From an uncultured Verrucomicrobiae bacterium (GTDB lineage Bacteria > Verrucomicrobiota > Verrucomicrobiia > Chthoniobacterales > JAFAMB01): 64,000 nucleotides of DNA. Shown here in pieces: positions 41,630-50,652 of this stretch. The notes beneath the pieces are model-generated. The model ran no database searches. It was not told the origin of the DNA and worked only from the letters and a program-made list of their open reading frames with translations. The stretch covers positions 128,001 to 192,000 of the forward strand of contig CAWAIK010000003.1 of NCBI GenBank assembly GCA_963782115.1, written 5' to 3'. The translations under genes and the position numbers were made by a program. Every line of letters begins with the position of its first letter. The stretch's first letter is position 1.

Positions 41630-42453
41630 TGCTTCGCTGCTCGGAGTTCTCTCGAGGCAGTTATACCCTCATGTGCGCCTGGGTCGGGCAATCCACGTCC
41701 GGCGTAGTACACGAAAACGTCGTTGAGTGAAGTACTCTCGGTCGCTCCGGGCACGGAAGCCTTCAGGTTGCCTGGAGTATCTAGCGTAATCAATTGGCCA
41801 CGCTCAATGATGGCAATCCGATCGCATAACCGGTCGGCTTCCTCCATGTAGTGCGTTGTCAGGAGGATCGTAAGCTGCCTTTCGCTCTGGATCTTCTCGA
41901 GCATCTCCCAAACGTCGACGCGGGAGACCGGATCAAGTCCGGTGGTGGGTTCATCAAGGAAAAGAATCTTTGGGCTGTGCACAAGTCCTCGTGCGATCTC
42001 AACCCGGCGCCGCATGCCGCCCGAGAGAGTATGCACCTCAGCGTCGCGCCACTCCGTGAGACCAACGATTTCGAGCAACTCGGTAATCGCCCGGCGGCGT
42101 GCTTCGCGTCTTACACCGTAAAGCTTGGCGTAAATGCTCAGATTTTCCCGGACGGTGAGTTCCGTGTCGCTCGTCATCGCCTGTGGGATTACACCAATCG
42201 CCAGACGTGCGCGGTTAGGTGCCTGCGCCACGTCTTGGTCAAAGACCACAATGCGGCCGCTACCGATCGGCAGCACGGTCGTCATCATTCGAATCAGCGT
42301 ACTTTTTCCGGCACCGTTCGGGCCGAGCAGGCCGAAAGTTTCACCTTGAGCAACAGTAAACGAGACGTTGTCGACAGCGGTAAAATTGCCGAATTTTTTG
42401 CTAACATGTTCAACGCCGATCGCTGAGACTTCCTGTTCAATGTGCTTTGCCAT
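41626..42453 (-). CDS. ABC transporter ATP-binding protein
   Basis: GPNGAGKST, LSGGMRRR, LFLDEPTTGLD, TTHYMEEA. Confidence 0.93.
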   Translation of the reverse strand: MAKHIEQEVSAIGVEHVSKKFGNFTAVDNVSFTVAQGETFGLLGPNGAGKSTLIRMMTTVLPIGSGRIVVFDQDVAQAPNRARLAIGVIPQAMTSDTELTVRENLSIYAKLYGVRREARRRAITELLEIVGLTEWRDAEVHTLSGGMRRRVEIARGLVHSPKILFLDEPTTGLDPVSRVDVWEMLEKIQSERQLTILLTTHYMEEADRLCDRIAIIERGQLITLDTPGNLKASVPGATESTSLNDVFVYYAGRGLPDPGAHEGITASRELRAAKQ

Positions 42454-42458
42454 ACGCC

Positions 42459-43550
42459 CTATCCGCTCGCCAATTTATTGGGATAGACCGCCTTCTTGAG
42501 CTGCGCAGGGGTCAGCAACACTTTGGCCGTCATGCCGGGAGTAATCATGAGTTCTGGATTTGGCACGGCGATCTTGATTGCCACCGAACGGATATCGCGA
42601 TTGAGAACATTCAGATCGTATTGGGTAGCAAAATCGCCTTCGACGCCTTTGGTGAGCACCGTACCCTCGATGATCTGTCCCGAGGGTAATTGTACCTGAA
42701 GCTTTTCACCGACGGCGATTTGATCAGCATAGGTCTCCGGAATTCCGACGCGGACCCAGGTGCTCTGGGGATCGACGATGGTAGCCACAGGAGCGCTTGG
42801 GCCCACGATCTCCCCCTGTCGGGCGACAAGCACGGATATGACACCCGGAATCGGGGCGACTATCTGGGTGTAGCCGAGACGCGCTTGAGCGGCAATCAGC
42901 TCTGCCTCGGTATTGCGCAGCTGCGCTTTTATCGATTCGACCGCGCTCTCGGCGGCGCGCTGGCGATACTGACCCGCTTGGGCGTGCACCAAATCGGCCT
43001 CAGCCGCACGCACCTGTTCAGATCGTGCGCCCACCGTGGCCTGTTGCGTCCGCAAGTCAGCCGACATATGATCGAGATCTTGTCGGGCGGAGACTCCCTG
43101 TGTCGAAAGCGTTTCTGTTCGTTGAAAATCGCTTTGGATGCGTTGAAGCTGCGATTCGGACTGCGTCAGCTGAGCCTTTGCCATCGATAGCCTGGCCTGG
43201 GCGCCGGCCAGGTCACCAGCGGTCTCGGTTAGTGCGAGCTGATAGTTGGCCTCGGATTGGGCCAGCTGCGCGCGCAAATTCTCAACCCCGGCACGGTCAG
43301 CGTCCACATCGGCGTCGAGCTCAGCACTATCGAGTCTGGCGATCAGCTCGCCGGCCCGCACCCTGCTCCCCTCATCCACAGCAAGCCGCTCAAGAATGCC
43401 TTGGATCTTCGGACTGACAACGACCTGATTCGCGTCGACGACGCCCTCGACGATCAACCCCTCACTGTGATCCGCGGAAAGGAAGAAGTAGAGTGTCGCC
43501 GCCCCAAACAGTACCACGAAAAATATGATGATTGCAGGTTTTCCTTTCAT
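42459..43550 (-). CDS. HlyD-family membrane fusion protein
   Basis: N-terminal TM, VSPKIQG, VDEGSRVRAG, long coiled coil, IVAPIPG, PGMTA. Confidence 0.88.
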   Translation of the reverse strand: MKGKPAIIIFFVVLFGAATLYFFLSADHSEGLIVEGVVDANQVVVSPKIQGILERLAVDEGSRVRAGELIARLDSAELDADVDADRAGVENLRAQLAQSEANYQLALTETAGDLAGAQARLSMAKAQLTQSESQLQRIQSDFQRTETLSTQGVSARQDLDHMSADLRTQQATVGARSEQVRAAEADLVHAQAGQYRQRAAESAVESIKAQLRNTEAELIAAQARLGYTQIVAPIPGVISVLVARQGEIVGPSAPVATIVDPQSTWVRVGIPETYADQIAVGEKLQVQLPSGQIIEGTVLTKGVEGDFATQYDLNVLNRDIRSVAIKIAVPNPELMITPGMTAKVLLTPAQLKKAVYPNKLASG

Positions 43551-44245
43551 TGCCTTGATCCCGGTTTGGGGTTCATCCCGCTCTGGGCTTGGCCTCTAAA
43601 AAGGGCGCAGGTGATGAAGTCAATCGCCGCCGCGCGGCGCCTTCTGGCCGATACCTTCCTGGCGGGGGAAATGAATTGTCCGGCCAATGGAATGCCTCTT
43701 ACCGCGGTGCGCACCAGCATCAGGAGCAGCGGCAAAACCGCGTCGATATCGATTGGACGAAAGACCTCGCCCCGAACTCCCTCTTCAAGTACCGCACGGA
43801 ACTCAGCCAGCAAAGGTGAAATCCGTCGAAACAACCTGGGCGCTGTCTCGGGCGCTAAATCTCTCAAAAATATTTTTACGATATCCAGCTCCTGTTCCAG
43901 CATTCGGGCATATGCGGGCTGCGCGGCCAGTACCTTGAAATTGGCGTCCAGGAAGGCCAGGAGCTTCTCGCGCGGTCCATCGGCGGTACCGAGCGCACCA
44001 CGAAGCGCATCGGTCATCACCACGAACATCTGTTCGATTACGCCTTCGTACAGATGTTCCTTGCTCTCAAAGTAATAATAGAGGAGCGCTTTGTTGACGC
44101 CGGCGACCCTGGCGATTTCGTCCATCCGCGCTCCGGCCAGGCCCAGCTCGGCAAACTCCTTGAGCGCAGCGTCGAGAATAGTGGCTTTTGTAGCGGCGGC
44201 GTCTCGTTTGGCTTTGTGCGGTTCGATATTGGGAATTGCTTTCAC
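43547..44245 (-). CDS. TetR/AcrR family regulator
   Basis: ILDAALKEFAELGLAGARMDEIARVAGVNKALLYYYFESKE. Confidence 0.9.
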   Translation of the reverse strand: MKAIPNIEPHKAKRDAAATKATILDAALKEFAELGLAGARMDEIARVAGVNKALLYYYFESKEHLYEGVIEQMFVVMTDALRGALGTADGPREKLLAFLDANFKVLAAQPAYARMLEQELDIVKIFLRDLAPETAPRLFRRISPLLAEFRAVLEEGVRGEVFRPIDIDAVLPLLLMLVRTAVRGIPLAGQFISPARKVSARRRRAAAIDFITCALFRGQAQSGMNPKPGSRQ

Positions 44246-44253
44246 CTGGAAGA

Positions 44254-44282
44254 ATATTAACTAACCATTTAGTCAATTGCAA
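44254..44282 (-). promoter_or_regulatory. Sigma70-like promoter (TTGCAA-17-TAATAT) with an overlapping TetR-type palindrome
   Basis: Minus strand reads TTGCAA ttgactaaatggttagt TAATAT tcttccag GTG. Imperfect palindrome TTAACTAACCATTTAGTCAA at 44257-44276. Confidence 0.6.
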
Positions 44283-44489
44283 GCGCTCTTCTCGCCTCCA
44301 GAAGACGAGTGTCAGTTTGTCAGTGTCAGTCGGAGAAAAGAGAGTCCCCCCTCTCGAACTCTCTGCTTATCGTTCTCTAGCCCGTAACACGCACCGCACT
44401 GACACCGCACTGACACGAATGGCGCGAAGTTAAGCAGGGTTTGGGATGGTTTTTTGCCTCCAAGAGGCGATAGATTTCAGGGTTCAACC

Positions 44490-44779
44490 CTGATCATTAT
44501 ACACAATTTTTCGGCCGGGAAGCAGTCGCCCAGCGCCACTGTCGATTGTCTGGAAAAGCATCGCTCGCCGGTGCGAACAAAATACAGGCTGGAAGCCTAT
44601 GCTACTTTACGCCGTCGCGTGGTTGCCGTGGGTTCGCGGAGATAGCGCCAAGATGTTTTCGAGAGATCGCTCGACGCTCCGGAAAGCAATGTAGCATAGC
44701 CTTCCAGCCTGTATTGTTCGCACCATCAACCGATTCTTTCCAGGTATCCTCCGTTCTCCGAATTGTGGATAAAGATCAG
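44490..44779. mobile_element. Nested MITE with IS50/Tn5-like 19-bp ends
   Basis: CTGATCATTATACACAATT (44490-44508) and reverse complement of 44761-44779, CTGATCTTTATCCACAATT; flanks GGGTTCAACC / GGTTTCAGCC. Confidence 0.6.
44550..44743. repeat. REP/REPIN-like long inverted repeat
   Basis: GGTGCGAACAAAATACAGGCTGGAAGCCTATGCTAC (44570-44605) pairs with GTAGCATAGCCTTCCAGCCTGTATTGTTCGCACC (44691-44724). Confidence 0.7.
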
Positions 44780-44916
44780 GGTTTCAGCCCTGGGAACCAT
44801 CCATCCACACACCGGTAAATCTGTGGAATTGACCACAGTGCGACAATGGAGAGGGCGAGGTTTATCCCTTACCCTCTGAAGAACCATCCCAAATCGCCCT
44901 TATCTTCGCGCCATTC

Positions 44917-44990
44917 CGCACTGACACCGGACTGACACTGACACTGACACTGACTACTGACTACTGACTACTGACTACTGGCTACTGACT
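44917..44990. repeat. Short tandem repeat (ACTGAC)n/(ACTGACT)n with an inverted partner at 44308-44330
   Basis: actgacactgacactgacactgactactgactactgactactgact; left partner agtgtcagtttgtcagtgtcagt. Confidence 0.85.
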
Positions 44991-46380
44991 GCCTCCGGCG
45001 GGCGCGATTGAATCGTTCAAGAGTTTCCCGGCGTTCCGCAGCATGATCGACGATTGGCATCGGATAACCTTTGGCCAGACGATCGATTGGCGGGTGAGTG
45101 AACCGCGTCGGATCCACATCTCTCAGCTCTGGTACCCACCCCTTAATGTATTTGCCAGCTGGATCGTAACTTTTGGTTTGGTTCCAAGGATTTTGCACAC
45201 GAAAGTACGGTGCGGCATCTGCTCCCGTTCCCGCACACCACTGCCAACCCCCATTGTTGGCAGCGATGTCTCCATCCACCAATTTCTGCATAAAATATTG
45301 TTCTCCTTTCCTCCAGTGGATGTGGAGATCCCTGGTCAGGAACATGGCTACGATCATCCTGACCCGGTTGTGCATGAAACCGGTCGCATTCAGCTCTCGC
45401 ATACCTGCGTCGACGATCGGAAAGCCGGTGCGACCATTGCACCAAAGCTGAAAAACCGAGTCATTTTCGTCCCATTGCAAGCCGGGAAACTGATCACCAA
45501 AATTGCGGTCCAGAACAGTCGGAAAATGTGCAAGGATCTGTATGTAGAACTCGCGCCAAACTAACTCGTTTACATAAGAATTGATGCTTTGGCGAGCTCT
45601 GGCGGATACCTTACTGCTGACCTCTAGACAATTCAGAAAGACCTGACGGGGCGAAAGTGTGCCAAATCGCAGATCCTGTGAGAGCCGCGAAGTCGCGTGC
45701 TCTCCGGGGAGGTTTCGCTTGTCCCGGTAAGCTGGCATCGCGCCATTCAAGAAGCTTGTCAGACGTTTCCGAGCCGCTTTTTCACCGGGCTCAATGATTT
45801 TCGACTCGGAGGTTAATCCCCAATAATCCAAAGTTGGAAGCGGAAGACTGGAAACCGTCGATGGAGTAGGTAATTTGCGGATCTTCGGTAAAAGCGAGGG
45901 CTTTTCCAGTTGATGCCATGCTTTCGCATAGGGAGTAAAGACACGGAATGGTTGACCCTCTTTAGTCAGCACCTCGTCCGGTTCAAAAATCGTAATATCG
46001 TTATAGCTGAAGATCTGAATTTGTATTTTTTTGGAAGCCTTTTCAAGCTGCTGCTGGATCTCGACACTGTAAGGATCCGTCCCGCGATTGAAAAAAATCG
46101 CCTTCGCGTGACTCTCATGAACTAGTTTTTCCAACTCCTGGACCGGATCACCTGCGCGCAGGATGAGGCGGCTGCCGATGGCCTCCAGGTTATTGCAGAG
46201 AGACTCCAAACATCCGCAAAGGAACTCTTGGCGGCTGGAACCAGTCCACGGGTGATTCTTCTTCCACCTGGAAAGAATGTAGACGGGGATGATTTCTTCA
46301 GCTTTGTTGGCAGCGTGCCAAAGCGCAGTGTTGTCGGTCACCCGCAGGTCGCGTCGAAACCAGTGGATGACTCGTCTCAT
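44968..46380 (-). CDS. phrB: Deoxyribodipyrimidine photolyase (class I)
   Basis: IHWFRRDLRVTDNTAL, TSRLSQDLRFGTLS, ELVWREFY, GRTGFPIVDAGMREL, MHNRVRM, ANNGGWQW, DAAPYFR. Confidence 0.93.
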   Translation of the reverse strand: MRRVIHWFRRDLRVTDNTALWHAANKAEEIIPVYILSRWKKNHPWTGSSRQEFLCGCLESLCNNLEAIGSRLILRAGDPVQELEKLVHESHAKAIFFNRGTDPYSVEIQQQLEKASKKIQIQIFSYNDITIFEPDEVLTKEGQPFRVFTPYAKAWHQLEKPSLLPKIRKLPTPSTVSSLPLPTLDYWGLTSESKIIEPGEKAARKRLTSFLNGAMPAYRDKRNLPGEHATSRLSQDLRFGTLSPRQVFLNCLEVSSKVSARARQSINSYVNELVWREFYIQILAHFPTVLDRNFGDQFPGLQWDENDSVFQLWCNGRTGFPIVDAGMRELNATGFMHNRVRMIVAMFLTRDLHIHWRKGEQYFMQKLVDGDIAANNGGWQWCAGTGADAAPYFRVQNPWNQTKSYDPAGKYIKGWVPELRDVDPTRFTHPPIDRLAKGYPMPIVDHAAERRETLERFNRARRRQSVASSQ

Positions 46381-46660
46381 CTTTTTGGAGTACGTCGGTT
46401 CGACAGCAAGCGGTCGGGATTTCGCACCGGGAATTCTGCGTTTAGCTCGATCATGTGAACGATTCAGTTGGATTACGTCAGTAGCAGGGCCGCGGATGCG
46501 CTCTTGCTGATCGGCGGTCTGCGGCTTCGAAAATCTCTCCGAGCGCGCTGAGAAAAAGGGGAAATGCATGGGTCGAGATCGAACCTGAATCCCTTTGAGT
46601 GGATTGCGGAAGTGCGTCCGTCGACTGAATGGAGGCGTACAATGATTGTTACCTTCGGAA

Positions 46661-47122
46661 ATGAAACAGTACTTGTTTAGCTCGGAGCTTTGGCTCGCCA
46701 GTCGTCAAACGGAGATTTTTCCATTCTTTGCCGACGCGAAAAATCTTGGCTGCATCACTCCGCCGTGGCTGCACTTCGAGATCCTCACGCTGGGCTACAT
46801 TGACATGGGCGTTGGGACACTCATCGACTATCGGATTAGCCTTCACGGTATACCCGTGCAGTGGAGGACAAAGATAACGGCCTGGGAACCTCCTTTTCGA
46901 TTCGTTGATGAGCAGATTAAGGGTCCCTATCGGCTCTGGATTCACGAACACCGTTTTGAGAAGAGCGGGGCAGGCACCATGTGCTACGATCGCGTGAGAT
47001 ATTCGACTATTGGCGGTTGGATCGTCAATCGACTTTTCGTGGAACGCGATGTAAGGCAGATTTTTGCGTTTCGCTCGACCAAGCTCAACGAGCTTTTTGG
47101 CTCGGAGCGTTCTCTACTTTGA
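46661..47122 (+). CDS. SRPBCC family protein
   Basis: FPFFADAKNL..ITPPWLHF, FVDEQIKGPYRLWIHEHRF, IFAFR. Confidence 0.85.
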   Translation: MKQYLFSSELWLASRQTEIFPFFADAKNLGCITPPWLHFEILTLGYIDMGVGTLIDYRISLHGIPVQWRTKITAWEPPFRFVDEQIKGPYRLWIHEHRFEKSGAGTMCYDRVRYSTIGGWIVNRLFVERDVRQIFAFRSTKLNELFGSERSLL

Positions 47123-47239
47123 CGAGACGGTGCACCACTGTCTGCGTACGCACTGAACCAATTTTTCGAGATTATCCACCCGGAGCTTGGTCTGTTGGTT
47201 TAGTCGCCATTTTTCAGTCATGGCAACGGCCAATTGTAA

Positions 47240-47458
47240 AACCTCGATAGACCTTCCGGTCCCTGATATGCCGAATCAATTTGAAATATTGGAACTTGAG
47301 AATTCTCAGTCGGTTCTTCAAATAAAGGCGATCCAGGTTCGCCCAAGGGATCTGAAAAGCTGCGGGATGTCACCAATATTTGACGAAAGTCGTCCTGAAT
47401 GGCCCGGTTATCATCAATCACCAGGACGCGGTGGTTATAGAGCGGATTGAAGATACAT
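47240..47458 (-). pseudogene. Receiver-domain N-terminal shard
   Basis: NHRVLVIDDNRAIQDDFRQIL...FQIDSAYQGPEGL, then the sequence breaks off. Confidence 0.6.
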
Positions 47459-47763
47459 TGAGTATTGTATTTATTAAATGTTATCGATCTCCCGATGAAA
47501 AGAATGCTCAAAAGTGAGAGGACCTCCTTTCGCGGCCGAGAATTGGCGAACCGAAGCCACGGACAATTGACGCCAGCTTGCCCAAGCCTGGATCTGCAGC
47601 CCATCTTTTTCCGGGTCGCCTCCCCATGTTCGAACATTTTATCGAGAGCTTGCCCTTCCGCCCGATTGGCTTTTATCCTCCCTTCAATGCGCAAAGAAGC
47701 ATCAGAGGAAGAAAGGCGAAGGCATTCCAGGAAGCCAAGCGTTCTCGCGGTAAGGCCATCACT

Positions 47764-48384
47764 GTGAAAAAACATCTTCAAGAAGTAATCACCGTAAGAA
47801 CCTTCAAAGAATATGTTGAAGAGTCACTATTGATCGTCTTCAGCGTTGTGCTGGCGCTATTTTTGACAATGCTATTTCAAAAACTTCATGAAGACAGCCA
47901 ATTGCGTGAAGTCATACACGAATTGCGGGAGGAGCTCATCAGCAATAAAAAGTCAGAAGAAGTACAGCTGCGCTATCATTTGCAGGTTTTGAAGAATATT
48001 GATTCGGCTTTGGCTGATCCGGCCATGGCCCAGCAGTTTATTAACAATGGCGCCCTGAACTTAAAAATCATCGCACCGGAAGGCGTGTTAAACCGTGATT
48101 TGAATGATGTGGTTTGGCAAGTCGCAAGACAAAATAACGTTTTTGCCAGGCTGGATTTGAGCACCTATAGCCTGTTGAATACTATCTACGATAACCAGCA
48201 ACGTATTATGAAATCTGAAAGCGAAGTTGCAAAAGTGCTGGAATCATGGGACTCACGCAAACCTGAAAATCTCAGGACCACCCTGATTCTTCTGAAAGAC
48301 AACTATCTTGGATGGGCCGTTGAAAGGGCGCCTGCATTGCTAACAAAATATCAGGAAGCGATCGACAAATTGAGCAATTACTAA
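47764..48384 (+). CDS. Hypothetical membrane-anchored protein
   Basis: EESLLIVFSVVLALFL TM followed by a helical domain (ELREELISN); visibly AT-richer than neighbours; start uncertain. Confidence 0.65.
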   Translation: MKKHLQEVITVRTFKEYVEESLLIVFSVVLALFLTMLFQKLHEDSQLREVIHELREELISNKKSEEVQLRYHLQVLKNIDSALADPAMAQQFINNGALNLKIIAPEGVLNRDLNDVVWQVARQNNVFARLDLSTYSLLNTIYDNQQRIMKSESEVAKVLESWDSRKPENLRTTLILLKDNYLGWAVERAPALLTKYQEAIDKLSNY

Positions 48385-48454
48385 TTCGGGCCCATCCATG
48401 GCCCCGAAGTCCGTATGACAATCATTTCGCTGCTGATTGCGCTATTCTGTCTGC

Positions 48455-50392
48455 ATGTCCAATGTTTCCCCTAGCTCGATCGTCAGTGCGAGCGAACTCG
48501 TGGCGCGCTACGGCGCTCAAACAGTGCTCGACAAGGCATCGCTAACACTGAGCGAAGGAGAAAGGGTCGGACTGGTTGGGCGCAACGGATCCGGGAAATC
48601 CACTTTCCTGCAAATCGTCGCTGGAGTTCTCCAGGCGGATACGGGTGAACTGGTCCGGCGTCGTGATCTTGTTACGGGCTACATGCCGCAAGCCCTGACC
48701 CTGGATGAAAGCGCTACTGTTTTCACAAATATTCGCGCCGGTGCGCAGCAAATTCTCGATCTAATCGCCGAATACGAGGGCCTTCTGGCAGAGAGCCCGC
48801 GAAGCGCTGCGCTGCTGGACCAGATTAATCACTTCGACGGGTGGCGGATTGAGCATCGAATCAGAAGCCTGATCGGCAACCTTAACGCTCCTGATCCAGA
48901 TCGAATTGTCGGGGAATTGTCGGGCGGAGAAAAGCGACGCGTCGCTCTCTGTCGCGCATTACTGGCTCGCCCGGATCTTCTGATCCTCGACGAACCGACC
49001 AATCACCTTGATACCGACTCGATCGAATGGCTGGAGGATTTCCTTGCGCGCTACTCAGGCACCTCTCTATTTGTGACCCACGACCGCTACTTTCTTGATC
49101 GCGTGGCCACCTCCATCGTCGAGCTCTCGCGTGGCAAGTTCTATCGGTACCAAGGTAACTACACGGACTTTCTTCTGGCCAGGGCGGCCCGGCAGGTCGC
49201 TGAGGAACTCCAGGAGAGCCAACGCCAGAAATTTTTGAAACGCGAACTGGAATGGGTGCGGCGGAGTCCGAGCGCGCGACGCACCAAATCCATTAACCGG
49301 GTCGAGCAATATTTTGAGTTGGCTGCGCGGGGGGCGCCCGAACCGGAACTTGACGTAGAGCTGATTGTGCCACCCGCGCCGAAGCTAGGGAATCGGGTGA
49401 TCGAGTTGCGTGGGGTGGGTATGGAGCTAGGTGCTCGCCGGCTCTTTGAAAATCTAAGCCTCGACATCCATCCGGGCGAACGGTTGGGTGTGGTTGGTCG
49501 CAACGGGCTCGGGAAATCTACGCTGTTAAAGCTCATGCTTGGGCAGTTGCATTCCTCGACCGGCGAGATAGAGATCGGCCCACGAACCGAGATCAATTAC
49601 GTAGATCAAATTCGAACGCTTCTGGACGATCAAAAGACCGTTTGGGAAGAAGTCGGTGAGGGAAGCGAATATGTGCGGCTTGGCGACGAGAGCATCACGT
49701 TGCGAGGATATTTGCGGCGCTTCCTTTTCACGGAGGACCAGATCAACACGAAAATTGAGTTTCTTAGTGGCGGAGAACGCAGCCGGATACTGCTTGCGAA
49801 GATACTTAAGCGCGGAGGCAATGTTCTAATGCTCGATGAGCCGACAAACGACCTCGATTTGGGTACGCTTCGTTTGCTGGAGGAGGCCTTGGTCGTGTTT
49901 GAGGGTTGCGTCATTGTCGTCAGCCATGACCGCTATTTCTTGAATCGGGTTTGCACGTCCATTCTAGCTTTCGAAGGAGATGGCGTGGTCAGGTATTCCA
50001 CGGGGAACTACGATTACTACCTCGAAAAGCGAGCCGAACGAATCGTATCGAGTGCGACCCTGCCGAAAACGGGCTCATCCGCTGCGAGCTCTGATCACCC
50101 GGCAGCCGGGCAGAGGCTTCGCAAGCTCAAGTGGAGTGAGCGTCAGGAGCTAGAAACGATCGAAGCCAGGATTCTAAATGCGGAGGAAGCTGTTGTCCGA
50201 ACTGAATCGCAGTTTGCCGACCCGGAATTTTTCGCCAAACACGGTCAGGATTGGCAGACGCTTGAGGCACAGCTCCAAGCCGCACGGCAAAATGTTTCTC
50301 AGCTTTACAGCCGCTGGGAGGAATTGGAACGAATTCGAGCCGAAGCTGATTCAGGAGTTGCAGGAGCCAGAAGTCAGGACGCTCAACCGTAG
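48455..50392 (+). CDS. uup: ABC-F family ATPase (Uup-like)
   Basis: Two NBDs (GRNGSGKST/LSGGEKRR/LDEPTNHLD; GRNGLGKST/LSGGERSR/LDEPTNDLD) and a C-terminal coiled coil KLKWSERQELE...YSRWEELE. Confidence 0.9.
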   Translation: MSNVSPSSIVSASELVARYGAQTVLDKASLTLSEGERVGLVGRNGSGKSTFLQIVAGVLQADTGELVRRRDLVTGYMPQALTLDESATVFTNIRAGAQQILDLIAEYEGLLAESPRSAALLDQINHFDGWRIEHRIRSLIGNLNAPDPDRIVGELSGGEKRRVALCRALLARPDLLILDEPTNHLDTDSIEWLEDFLARYSGTSLFVTHDRYFLDRVATSIVELSRGKFYRYQGNYTDFLLARAARQVAEELQESQRQKFLKRELEWVRRSPSARRTKSINRVEQYFELAARGAPEPELDVELIVPPAPKLGNRVIELRGVGMELGARRLFENLSLDIHPGERLGVVGRNGLGKSTLLKLMLGQLHSSTGEIEIGPRTEINYVDQIRTLLDDQKTVWEEVGEGSEYVRLGDESITLRGYLRRFLFTEDQINTKIEFLSGGERSRILLAKILKRGGNVLMLDEPTNDLDLGTLRLLEEALVVFEGCVIVVSHDRYFLNRVCTSILAFEGDGVVRYSTGNYDYYLEKRAERIVSSATLPKTGSSAASSDHPAAGQRLRKLKWSERQELETIEARILNAEEAVVRTESQFADPEFFAKHGQDWQTLEAQLQAARQNVSQLYSRWEELERIRAEADSGVAGARSQDAQP

Positions 50393-50399
50393 AATTGCG

Positions 50400-50498
50400 A
50401 TGAACGACAGAACCTTGATCAGCCCTTGAAACCGTCGGTTCCTTCTCGAGCACTTGGTCGCGGAGCGCACTCTGGCTCGCAACAACCAGGTAAGCTAC
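50400..50498 (+). pseudogene. Tyrosine recombinase (RIT-type) N-terminal shard
   Basis: MNDRTLISP*NRRFLLEHLVAERTLARNNQVSY resembles the 'GPWVRRFLLEHLVAERNLARNTQxSY' integrase N-terminus. Confidence 0.55.
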
Positions 50499-50499
50499 T

Positions 50500-50516
50500 C
50501 TTATCTCGCGCCATTC
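50500..50516. mobile_element. Solo IS4-like terminal repeat
   Basis: CTTATCTCGCGCCATTC is near-identical to the right end at 44899-44916. Confidence 0.5.
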
Positions 50517-50601
50517 CTGGCTGGCCCGTGCATTCCGTACCAGTGCCCCTTCCGTCAATTCTCGATGCCCGCGGCAGACACCTGGGAAATGTCATAAATC
50601 A

Positions 50602-50649
50602 ACGGCTGACCTTGGGACAGGGGGGACGGCTGACCTTACGGCTGACCTT
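50602..50649. repeat. Three copies of ACGGCTGACCTT
   Basis: Exact 12-mers at 50602, 50626 and 50638. Confidence 0.85.
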
Positions 50650-50652
50650 AAC

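Larger units (their letters stand above)
44417..44916. mobile_element. Non-autonomous IS4-family-like MITE (500 bp) with an 11-bp flanking direct repeat
   Basis: 35-bp imperfect TIRs GAATGGCGCGAAGTTAAG...TTTGGGATGGTT and its reverse complement; CGCACTGACAC on both flanks; no transposase. Confidence 0.72.

Noticed and set aside
43257..44075. 272-aa plus-strand ORF
   Set aside because: Antisense to tetR and hlyD; no recognisable domain.
44917..44990. CRISPR-like array
   Set aside because: Units are 6-7 nt with no unique spacers, and there are no cas genes. It is a simple tandem repeat.
46381..46569. N-terminal extension of photolyase
   Set aside because: The family N-terminus begins at MRRVIHWFRRDLR (46380).
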